Of a stretch of 64,000 nt of DNA, positions 37,727 to 45,990 are shown piece by piece. Position numbers and translations under genes: made by a program. The notes below the pieces were generated by a model that was not told the origin of the DNA, did not search any database, and saw only the letters and a program-made list of their open reading frames with translations. Numbering within the stretch: position 1 is the stretch's first letter; each line of letters opens with the position of its first letter. The stretch is from Candidatus Hydrogenedentota bacterium (lineage in GTDB: Bacteria; Hydrogenedentota; Hydrogenedentia; Hydrogenedentales; SLHB01), in assembly GCA_045863295.1 (NCBI GenBank), contig BTWA01000016.1:67480-131479 (forward strand). The letters are read 5' to 3'.

Positions 37727-39727
37727 TCATGTGCGGATAACTCTAAGGAATTCTTCCGCCGTGACAATGCCTTCCTTCACTTTATTTCGGCAACTGTCTG
37801 CCATTGTCTTCAATTTGGCGGCCTTGGTTATTTTCTCAATCGGATCATCCGCCGCAATCATCCGTCGAATCTCCGGGGTGATTTCCAGGATCTCGAAAAT
37901 GGCGGTGCGGCCCTTGCTACCGGTGTGATAGCACTGGTCACAGCCTTTGCCCTTATACAGTTTCTTCGTCGTTTCCGGCAATCGAATCGACTTGAGCAGG
38001 GGTTTCGGAGGTACAAACGAGGTTTTGCAGTGCGGGCAGATCTTTCGCACCAAACGCTGGGCGATGACGGCGGTTAACGCGCTCGCAATCAAGTAGGACG
38101 GTACGCCCATGTTGCGTAACGTGCTGATGGCTTCCGGCGCATCGTTGGTGTGCAACGTGCTGAAGACCAAGTGCCCGGTCATGGCTGCGCGAACGGCAAT
38201 ACGCGCAGTGTCGGCGTCGCGAATTTCGCCTACAAGCAGTACGTCAATATCCTGCCGTAGCGAAGCTCTCAACGTGCTGGCAAATGTCACATCAATGTCT
38301 GGATCAATTTGCACCTGATTGATGCCGGAGAGTTGATACTCCACGGGATCTTCAATGGTTACGATGCTGTCCGTCAAGACATTCTTTTGATTGAGCGAGG
38401 CATACAGGGTGGTCGTTTTTCCGCTGCCGGTGGGTCCGGTAACGAGGATCATTCCGTACGGTTGCTTTAACATTTCGAGGAGTATTTTTTCACCGTCGGG
38501 ATCCAGACCCAAATCTTTGATGCCCGCGAGCACGGAAGTCTGATCCAAGAGCCGCATGACGATGCGCTCACCGAGGTACGTTGGGAGCGTTGCGACGCGA
38601 ACGTCGAACTCATCGTCTCCCACTTCGAGGCTGATGTGCCCGTCTTGTGGACGGCGTGTTTCCGTTATGTCGAGATCCGCCAGAATCTTGATGCGTGAAA
38701 TGACCGCTGCTTCAATTTCCGGTGCGATGCTCATCACGTCGTGAAGGACACCGTCTATGCGGTAGCGAACCCGCATTTCAGGTTCCTGCGGATCCATGTG
38801 TATATCGGTTGCGCCTGAATTTACAGCGCCTTCGATGATTGTCGATACCAGCTTCACCACCGGCGCGCCTTGGGCCTCGCGCACTATGTCTTCGAACCGA
38901 TTGACCTTGTTGGACGTTGCTTCGGTACTCACGGCTTTCGCCTCCTCTTTCTGTGCGGCTGTGGTCTTTCCTTTGGGAGCTGGTTCCTTTGCTTTGGCCG
39001 GTTCAGCGGCTTTCGTCTTTGCCTTTGCTCCAGCGGCGGATTTTGCCGGTTGTTCCGGCGCTGGCCTTGCGGGCTCAGCGGAGAGCGATTGCTTGGCCGA
39101 CGAGTATCGCTTCTTGATCTCCTCCTTCAAGTTGTCGGAAGTGGTCATGACGGGATAAATGCGTTTATTCAGAATTACGCCGAGCGAGCCCAGAGAATCG
39201 CGAACCTGAGGCTCAGTAATCAGAACAGTAACTTTGTCACCCTCGATCTTGATCGGAATGATCTGATATTTCGTTGCCAGGTTATGAGGCACCGCTTCCA
39301 ACGCACTCTTTGCACTTGGCGTCTTGTCGAGTTCCGAGAATTCAAGCCCGTTTTGCCGTGCCAGTGCCTTTGCCTTTACTACAGGTGTTATGAATCCACG
39401 CTTTTCCAGAATATTTCCCAGCAAGCGCCCGGTGCGCTTCTGTTCGGCAAGCGCTTCTTTCAATTGCGCTTCCGTGATCGCTTTGATCTCGACCAGCGCG
39501 CGCCCCAGGGAATCGTGTTCTTTTCTTACTTGCTCGGAATGAAATTCGTGGGTGAGCACATCGCCCACGACATCAAACGGTACTTTCCCCACTTGCAGCA
39601 GATACCGGTACCAGGGCGTGCCAGTTTGCTCTTCACGCTTCTGTGCTTTTTCCAATTCCTCCCGCGTGATCATGTCACGGCGGACAAGTTCATCCCCCAA
39701 TTGCGCGGAACGCTGTTCCTCAGACAT
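37727..39727 (-). CDS. Second GspE/PilB-family ATPase with degenerate MshEN-like repeats and an Ala/Lys/Pro-rich linker
   Basis: ATDIHMDP, RYRIDGVL, GPTGSGKTTT, EDPVEY, LVGEIRD, TGHLVFSTLHTND, CPHC..CDQC; start MSEEQRS. Confidence 0.93.
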   Translation of the reverse strand: MSEEQRSAQLGDELVRRDMITREELEKAQKREEQTGTPWYRYLLQVGKVPFDVVGDVLTHEFHSEQVRKEHDSLGRALVEIKAITEAQLKEALAEQKRTGRLLGNILEKRGFITPVVKAKALARQNGLEFSELDKTPSAKSALEAVPHNLATKYQIIPIKIEGDKVTVLITEPQVRDSLGSLGVILNKRIYPVMTTSDNLKEEIKKRYSSAKQSLSAEPARPAPEQPAKSAAGAKAKTKAAEPAKAKEPAPKGKTTAAQKEEAKAVSTEATSNKVNRFEDIVREAQGAPVVKLVSTIIEGAVNSGATDIHMDPQEPEMRVRYRIDGVLHDVMSIAPEIEAAVISRIKILADLDITETRRPQDGHISLEVGDDEFDVRVATLPTYLGERIVMRLLDQTSVLAGIKDLGLDPDGEKILLEMLKQPYGMILVTGPTGSGKTTTLYASLNQKNVLTDSIVTIEDPVEYQLSGINQVQIDPDIDVTFASTLRASLRQDIDVLLVGEIRDADTARIAVRAAMTGHLVFSTLHTNDAPEAISTLRNMGVPSYLIASALTAVIAQRLVRKICPHCKTSFVPPKPLLKSIRLPETTKKLYKGKGCDQCYHTGSKGRTAIFEILEITPEIRRMIAADDPIEKITKAAKLKTMADSCRNKVKEGIVTAEEFLRVIRT

Positions 39728-39850
39728 TGGATTCAACCCTCCCCTCATGCGCCGAATAGACGCCGGCATGCCACCCAACCGCCATGCATTCAGGATTACT
39801 ATACAATCATTCGTGTGAGGTAAAAAGCAATTTTCTCATTTTGAGGAACA

Positions 39851-41386
39851 CTAATGCGCCGCAGAGGGGACATTGGCCCAATCCGGCACCGTTCCCAAGT
39901 CCAAATTGAATACCCAAGGGACCAGAAAATACGTCAGCGAACCGATCACCGCGACCCCAATCCAGTTCAGCAGAAAACCGGCACGTGCCATCTGAGGCAC
40001 GGAAACATAACCGCTGCCAAATACCAGTGCGTTCGGAGGGGTAGCCACCGGGAGCATGAATGCGCACGAGGCGCTCAACGTGGCTGGGATCATCAGTGTG
40101 AATGGGTGAACCTGCAGGGACGAGGCCGCGGCCGCCGCGAGGATGGGCAACATGATGGACGTTGTGGCCGTATTCGACGTGACTTCAGTGACAAATGTAA
40201 GCAACACGCACACGGCAAGAATCATTGCCAGCGGAGGCAGCCCACCCAACACCGAAAGCCGTTCACCCATCCAAGAAACCAGCCCGCTTTCGGCAAACCC
40301 CTTTGCGATGGCCAAGCCCCCGCCAAAGAGCATCAGCACCCCCCAGGGGATAGTCCGGGCCGTTTCCCAGTCCAAAGCAAATTCCCCTTTCCGGGGGTGA
40401 ATAGGTAGGACAAAAAGCAAAGCGGCAAACAACATTGCGACGGTGGAATCATCGACCAAGGCAGGATTGGGCAGAAGTCGTGACCATCCCGGGACGATGA
40501 CAAACCCCATGTCAAGATCGGCCCGGAAGATCCAGGCCAGCGCCGCGCAACTGACCACACACAACACTACCATCTCGCCACGCCCTATCGGCCCCAACTG
40601 GTTTCGTTTGGCGGCAATGGCGGCGGCCGTTTGGGAGCGGTCCGAGGCTGCAGGCATACGGTGCACAACAAACACCAGAACTGCCCAAGTTAGCGGAAGC
40701 ATCAACGCCAGTAACGGCAGGCCGATGAGAATCCATTGTCCAAACGTGGGCACTGGCGCCTGGGGGTATAAGTTGCGCAGTTGCCCAACGAAGATAAGAT
40801 TGGGTGGCGTGCCCACCAGCGTCGCCATCCCCCCGATACTCGCCGCGTATGCAATGCCCAGCATAATGGCCGTGGCAAACGCGGCGACCCGCTCTGGCCG
40901 GTCGTTGCTGCGAAAGGACTGAATCACAGCTATGCCGATGGGGGCCATCATTACGGCCGTGGCGGTGTTCGAAATCCACATGGAAAGCAGCGCTGTGGCT
41001 ATCATGAAGCCGCCGACAAGCGCCGCCGGATTGGTTCCCGTGCGGCTCAATATGTTCAGCGCAATGCGCTCGTGCAAGTTCCATTTTTGCATGGCGGCCG
41101 CCATAAAAAAGCCGCCGGCAAATAGGAATACCGTGGGATCGCCGTATGCCCCGGCCATGTCTTTGGGAGAAGCCACACCCAGGAGGGGCATGAGGGCCAA
41201 AGGCAGCAGCGCAGTCGCGGGAATGGCAATGGCCTCGGAAATCCACCAGATTGCCATCAAGACAGCCACTGCGCCGACGCGTTGTCCTTCGGCCGTCATT
41301 CCATCGGGCAACGGCGACGACAAAATCACTGCAAACGCAGTCGGCCCGGCGATGAATCCAAGCACTTTGTGCTTTTGAACATTCAC
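39851..41386 (-). CDS. DASS/SLC13 family sodium-dependent dicarboxylate or sulfate transporter
   Basis: WWISEAI, SMWISNTAT, LVGTPPN, LTFVTEVTSNTAT, FMLPVATPPNA. Confidence 0.93.
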   Translation of the reverse strand: MNVQKHKVLGFIAGPTAFAVILSSPLPDGMTAEGQRVGAVAVLMAIWWISEAIAIPATALLPLALMPLLGVASPKDMAGAYGDPTVFLFAGGFFMAAAMQKWNLHERIALNILSRTGTNPAALVGGFMIATALLSMWISNTATAVMMAPIGIAVIQSFRSNDRPERVAAFATAIMLGIAYAASIGGMATLVGTPPNLIFVGQLRNLYPQAPVPTFGQWILIGLPLLALMLPLTWAVLVFVVHRMPAASDRSQTAAAIAAKRNQLGPIGRGEMVVLCVVSCAALAWIFRADLDMGFVIVPGWSRLLPNPALVDDSTVAMLFAALLFVLPIHPRKGEFALDWETARTIPWGVLMLFGGGLAIAKGFAESGLVSWMGERLSVLGGLPPLAMILAVCVLLTFVTEVTSNTATTSIMLPILAAAAASSLQVHPFTLMIPATLSASCAFMLPVATPPNALVFGSGYVSVPQMARAGFLLNWIGVAVIGSLTYFLVPWVFNLDLGTVPDWANVPSAAH

Positions 41387-43455
41387 CTCGGTGTCTCTTG
41401 GAAGTACCGCACCAGCCCTTGAGTAATCGCGTCCGCCACGGCCTTGCGCGCGGCCGGCGCACGCAGTTTGGCTTCCATAGCCGGGTCTTCGACGGTGCCC
41501 GGCTGTACTTGCACCGCCACGGATCCTGTCTGCTGGACTACATAGGAGACGCAGGGCGTTACGGTTGTTCCTTCCAAGAGGGCGGCCATCGCGCTGGCAA
41601 GTTTCTGGCCATTGGGACTTTCCGGGTAGTGACCCACATACGTCTGGAGGTCGGTCCGCTGGTATCCATCGGCCGCGAGTACCTTGGCTCGGGCGGGGGT
41701 TAGACCAAATGCGACTGAGACCAGCACTTCGGCCCCCAAATCTTCCGCCATGAGCACCCGTTCCACGTCGGAGATTTCCTCGTCGCCGACGCGGGACAAG
41801 TGGACTTCCGCGCCCAGGTCGCGCAGCATGCCTGCAATGCGCTGGGAAACGTCCAGTGCAACATCGCTTCCCCGCAGGCCGGTTGGCCCCGCCATGCCCG
41901 GATCACGGCCACCTGCCGCCGCATCGATTACGATGACGCGGCCACGGACAGCCGGATCGGACATCGGAGTGAGGAGGATGTCCGTATGGCCCGCACCCAA
42001 AGTGACTGGTTCCCGCAAATAGCCGTTGCGCATTGCGATGATATTTGACAGCGATTCCGGTAAGGCCAGCCAACCGCCCTGGCTTGTAACGCCGAGGCTC
42101 AGTCCGTCGGCAGCAATTACAGACCCCGGCACTGGATTGCCGGTTTCCTTGTCTTTGACGCGAAGGCTGCGCATGGGAGGTCCTCCTCCCGCGAGCCGCC
42201 AGCCTACTTTCGCTTCGCCTGCTTCAAATGTCATCGATTCTGGGAGCCGGTCCGCCGGTGCATAGAACTCGACCACGCCATCGAACGTCTGGGCCGTCTG
42301 GCCAGTCTCTGCAAGCCTGACCGGGGTGCCGTCCGCCACCGGGAATCCGGAGGGATCGAGCACGCGCACTTGCATCATCATTTCCATGGAACTGCCCTGG
42401 GGCGCTGCTGGCGGCTGTTGATTTACGAGAATGGTTGCCGGTGGACGTGCAATGGCCACAGGGGCAAAACCGCTGAAACTGGCGCCTTTCAGATTCTTGC
42501 CGCGAACGTTGATCGTGTGTGGTCCGTTAGGCAGGGGATCGTGCAAGGTCCAGATGAATCCGGCGGCCACGAAATCGATCTCTCCGCTTCGTGGTATTCC
42601 ATCGATCAACACGTTTATGGAGGCGCTGTCTACAGGCATCCCCCTCGGCAGGCCGACCATGATCTCATGGATGCCGCCTTGATCCAGTTCGCGTGCATCA
42701 ATGCCAGCCACGAAAGGTGGGTCAAGCGTGAAGTACTGGATGATTCCGTCGGCGATTGCCTTGGCCTCTGCGGCGATGCCTTCCGGTGAAGCCAGCCGTT
42801 CCGCCGAAGCCGCATCGGTTACGTATGCGGTCTCCAGCAACACAGCGGGCATGTGGGACAGCCGCAGTACTTTATAGTTGCCGGGCAATAACCGTTTTGG
42901 GGCTTCGGACGTCACCGCGCCGCGCGATAGCGTCTCGACCAGGCAACCTGCCAAATCGAGACTCGCCGCGTCGTCGCCCAGTTTGTAATACACCTCGAGA
43001 TCGTTTTTGGGCGAACCGCTTTGAATGTCCGCATTGTGATGGACGCTTACAAACAGGTCTGCGTCTGCGCGGTTTGCGAAATCCGCGCGCGCGGCGAGGT
43101 CTTTGGATAAGGAATCCGCAACGAGCGCCGTGTCTGTTTCCCGCGTCATGAGTACGCGTACACCGGCCTGCTCCAGAATGGTCTTGGCTTGCAACGCGAC
43201 GGCCAAGTTCACATCCGCTTCGCGGATTCCATTCGACGGCGCTACGGCACCGGGCCAGGGTCCGCCGTGACCGGGATCCAGGCACACCAGCCGATCAGCC
43301 AACGGCGCGAGGCCCGGACCAGTGGCCCGTTCGCGATCGGGTGCGGCTTGTTCATCAGGCTTGGCCGTTTCGGCCTGATCGGATTCCGGAACCGTCTGGC
43401 ATGCGTGAAGAGACAGTAGAAGAGGAATAATCCAACAATATCGGAGTGCTTTCAT
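41383..43455 (-). CDS. N-acetylmuramoyl-L-alanine amidase lipoprotein (Amidase_3 domain plus a degenerate second amidase domain)
   Basis: Lipobox SLHA-C; LDPGHGG, READVNL, FVSVHHNA, LLETAY; Ig-like middle region; second amidase-fold domain at the C-terminus. Confidence 0.88.
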   Translation of the reverse strand: MKALRYCWIIPLLLSLHACQTVPESDQAETAKPDEQAAPDRERATGPGLAPLADRLVCLDPGHGGPWPGAVAPSNGIREADVNLAVALQAKTILEQAGVRVLMTRETDTALVADSLSKDLAARADFANRADADLFVSVHHNADIQSGSPKNDLEVYYKLGDDAASLDLAGCLVETLSRGAVTSEAPKRLLPGNYKVLRLSHMPAVLLETAYVTDAASAERLASPEGIAAEAKAIADGIIQYFTLDPPFVAGIDARELDQGGIHEIMVGLPRGMPVDSASINVLIDGIPRSGEIDFVAAGFIWTLHDPLPNGPHTINVRGKNLKGASFSGFAPVAIARPPATILVNQQPPAAPQGSSMEMMMQVRVLDPSGFPVADGTPVRLAETGQTAQTFDGVVEFYAPADRLPESMTFEAGEAKVGWRLAGGGPPMRSLRVKDKETGNPVPGSVIAADGLSLGVTSQGGWLALPESLSNIIAMRNGYLREPVTLGAGHTDILLTPMSDPAVRGRVIVIDAAAGGRDPGMAGPTGLRGSDVALDVSQRIAGMLRDLGAEVHLSRVGDEEISDVERVLMAEDLGAEVLVSVAFGLTPARAKVLAADGYQRTDLQTYVGHYPESPNGQKLASAMAALLEGTTVTPCVSYVVQQTGSVAVQVQPGTVEDPAMEAKLRAPAARKAVADAITQGLVRYFQETPR

Positions 43456-43685
43456 GATGCCCCGGCGTTGCGCTGGTTGATTACCCACACACGGATTCGC
43501 GTGCAAGCGAATCCTCAGAGGCATCGTAAGGCCGCAGGCGCGTTTTTGCAACCGGAAGGCAATTCCTGCCGCACTCGGCATCTACGTGTCCGGGCATTGC
43601 TGCGCACCGGCGAGCCGAGGGAATAAAAGCCAGCACGAGTGGTGGTTGGGCGGCACGGAGGTGTCTAGCCGCCGCGTCTACTTCG

Positions 43686-45272
43686 CTACACGGTCACCGG
43701 CTTCCTGGACAACAACAGCTTGTATTCAATGCTGTCTGCCAGGGCCCGGTAGGAAGCGGCGATGATGTTTTCGGATACCCCCACCGTGTCCCATTCGTGT
43801 ACTCCGTCGGTCGACTCGATTTGCACGCGGGTTTTTGCGCGCGTGGCGGACTGTGCGTCGAGTATGCGGACTTTGTAATCCTCGAGGTGCACCTCGTTCA
43901 GTTCTGGATACTGATCTTCCAGTGCGCGCCGGAGTGCGTTGTTCAAGGCGTCCACGGGACCATTGCCTTCGGCGGCGGTATGGCGAGGCGTACCGTCGGG
44001 GAGGGTGAGTTTCACCGTCGCCTCGGTGGTAGCGCTTTTGCCCACGTCATGACGATATACGCTGACACGAAATCCTTGTAGTGTGAAAAATGGATCATAT
44101 TCCTTGCGCGCGCGCCGCATGAGCAATTCGAGGGACGCGTCCGCTCCTTCGAATTCGTATCCTTCGTTTTCCATGTCCTTGATCTGGCGCAATACTTCCC
44201 GCGTTTCGGGCGCGTCACGTTCGAGATCGATGCCGAACTCCGCGGCTTTCTGCAACAGGCTTGACCTTCCGGCGACTTCGCTCACCGAAATTGTCGTGCG
44301 ATTGCCGACCAGGGCGGGATCGATGTGTTCGTAACTGGCCTTGAGTTTATATACAGCATCCGCGTGCATACCGCCTTTGTGGGTGAACGCGTCGCGCCCC
44401 ACGAACGGTTGATTATCGCGATGGGTCATGTTTGCCATTTCTGCCACAAAGTGGGAGAGATGAGTGAGCCGGGCCAACCGATCCGGAGACACCACGGGCA
44501 GATCCATCTTGAGTTGGAGATTGGCAATGATGGTGCACAGGTTTGCATTGCCGGTGCGCTCACCGTATCCGTTGATACATCCCTGAATTTGAGTCGCGCC
44601 TTCACGCACGGCGGCCAGCGTGTTCGCCACGGCGCAACCGGCATCGTTGTGCGTATGGATTCCAATGGGCGCGTCCGGCAGCCGCAACCGCACTGCGCGC
44701 GTCGCATCGCCCACTTCCCACGGGAGGCGTCCGCCGTTTGTGTCGCAGAGAATAAACACTTCGGCCCCGGCCCGGTAAGCGATCTCCAAGACGGTCAGGG
44801 CGTACTCGTTGTCTTCGTAGTACCCGTCAAAAAAGTGTTCAGCATCCAGAAACACGCGCCGGCCATTGGCCTTCAGGAAGGCAACGGAATCCGCGACAAT
44901 TTGAAGATTTTCCTCCAGCGACACGCGCAGGATTTCCTTCGCATGCAACGGCGATGACTTTGCGAAAATGGTGACCACTTCGGTCTGGGCATCGAGGAGG
45001 GCCTTCAAATTCGGGTCGTCTTCCGCACTGTGTTTTGGGTGGCGGGTGCTGCCGAAGGCCGCCATTTTGGCCTGCTTCAGATCCAGATCGCGGGCCCGCT
45101 CAAACAGCTCCGCCGCCTTCGGATTGGACCCGGGCTGCCCGCCTTCAATATAAGACACGCCAAACGAATCGAGCTCCTTTACTATTCGAAGCTGATCTTC
45201 CGACGAAAACTTAACGCGAGGTCCTTGCGCGCCATCGCGCAAGGTGCAATCGTAGATTTCAATCTTGGACAC
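43686..45272 (-). CDS. cimA: Citramalate synthase
   Basis: YDCTLRDGAQ, IEGGQPGSNPK, LDAEHFFDGY, HTHND, GYGERTGNANL, HKGGMH, WDTVGVSENII; GTG start. Confidence 0.92.
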   Translation of the reverse strand: MSKIEIYDCTLRDGAQGPRVKFSSEDQLRIVKELDSFGVSYIEGGQPGSNPKAAELFERARDLDLKQAKMAAFGSTRHPKHSAEDDPNLKALLDAQTEVVTIFAKSSPLHAKEILRVSLEENLQIVADSVAFLKANGRRVFLDAEHFFDGYYEDNEYALTVLEIAYRAGAEVFILCDTNGGRLPWEVGDATRAVRLRLPDAPIGIHTHNDAGCAVANTLAAVREGATQIQGCINGYGERTGNANLCTIIANLQLKMDLPVVSPDRLARLTHLSHFVAEMANMTHRDNQPFVGRDAFTHKGGMHADAVYKLKASYEHIDPALVGNRTTISVSEVAGRSSLLQKAAEFGIDLERDAPETREVLRQIKDMENEGYEFEGADASLELLMRRARKEYDPFFTLQGFRVSVYRHDVGKSATTEATVKLTLPDGTPRHTAAEGNGPVDALNNALRRALEDQYPELNEVHLEDYKVRILDAQSATRAKTRVQIESTDGVHEWDTVGVSENIIAASYRALADSIEYKLLLSRKPVTV

Positions 45273-45478
45273 GGCAGTACCTTCCCGAATCGGCCCCGGC
45301 GTGCCGCTGTAAATCGCGGCAATGCCCGGCTCCACAAATAATCCCCTATTATACGAAACAGTAGGGATGGGTGTCCAAACACCAGGGAAGAGTCGCTTTC
45401 CAGGCTCTATCGCGCTTCTGTCGCCGGCAAACCCACGCGAATTGCGCACTGTTGGCTGCGCATTGCGGAAAGCGGCGT

Positions 45479-45925
45479 TTACTTGGGTTGTTGTGCCAGA
45501 AGCAAATCGCGAATCTCCGTGAGCAATTCTTGGTCTTTGGTGAGCGGGGGCGGCGCCGTTACTGCTTCTTCTTTCTTGGCCTTGATGATCCAGCCCAGGA
45601 ACTTGACAATGAAGATGAACAACACAAGCGCCACAATCAGGAAATTGACAACTTCGCCGATAAAGAGCCCGTAAGGGATTTCTTTGCCGTTAATCAGCGC
45701 TTTCCATTCCACGTAGCCCTGTTCGGCTGGAGTCGCCACGCTGACGAGGGGCATGATAATGTTTTTTACGAGGGAGTCAATGATTTTGGCGAAGGCTGCG
45801 CCAATGATCACGCCGACCGCCAGATCAATCACGTTTCCCTTGAAGGCAAACGTTTTGAATTCGTCGAACAGGGAAAACGCTTTCTTGGTCGGATTGAGTT
45901 GGGTGAGTTTGTCGAGAGGCGGCAT
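45479..45925 (-). CDS. mscL: Large-conductance mechanosensitive channel
   Basis: EFKTFAFKGNVIDLAVGVIIGAAF, LLTEIRDLL. Confidence 0.97.
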   Translation of the reverse strand: MPPLDKLTQLNPTKKAFSLFDEFKTFAFKGNVIDLAVGVIIGAAFAKIIDSLVKNIIMPLVSVATPAEQGYVEWKALINGKEIPYGLFIGEVVNFLIVALVLFIFIVKFLGWIIKAKKEEAVTAPPPLTKDQELLTEIRDLLLAQQPK

Positions 45926-45990
45926 GAATTGGATCTCCAGGTTTTGTATATACGTTACATTTGCCACCAGACACCGGTTGGCTCATTTGG

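Noticed and set aside
34500..37730. Lower-GC stretch as a horizontally acquired island
   Set aside because: It contains core dnaN and origin-like DNA; there is no integrase, transposase, tRNA or flanking direct repeat
43456..43685. Hairpin-rich spacer between cimA and the amidase gene as an ncRNA
   Set aside because: Only a short GGATTCGC/GCGAATCC palindrome near a promoter-like sequence; no recognisable RNA family
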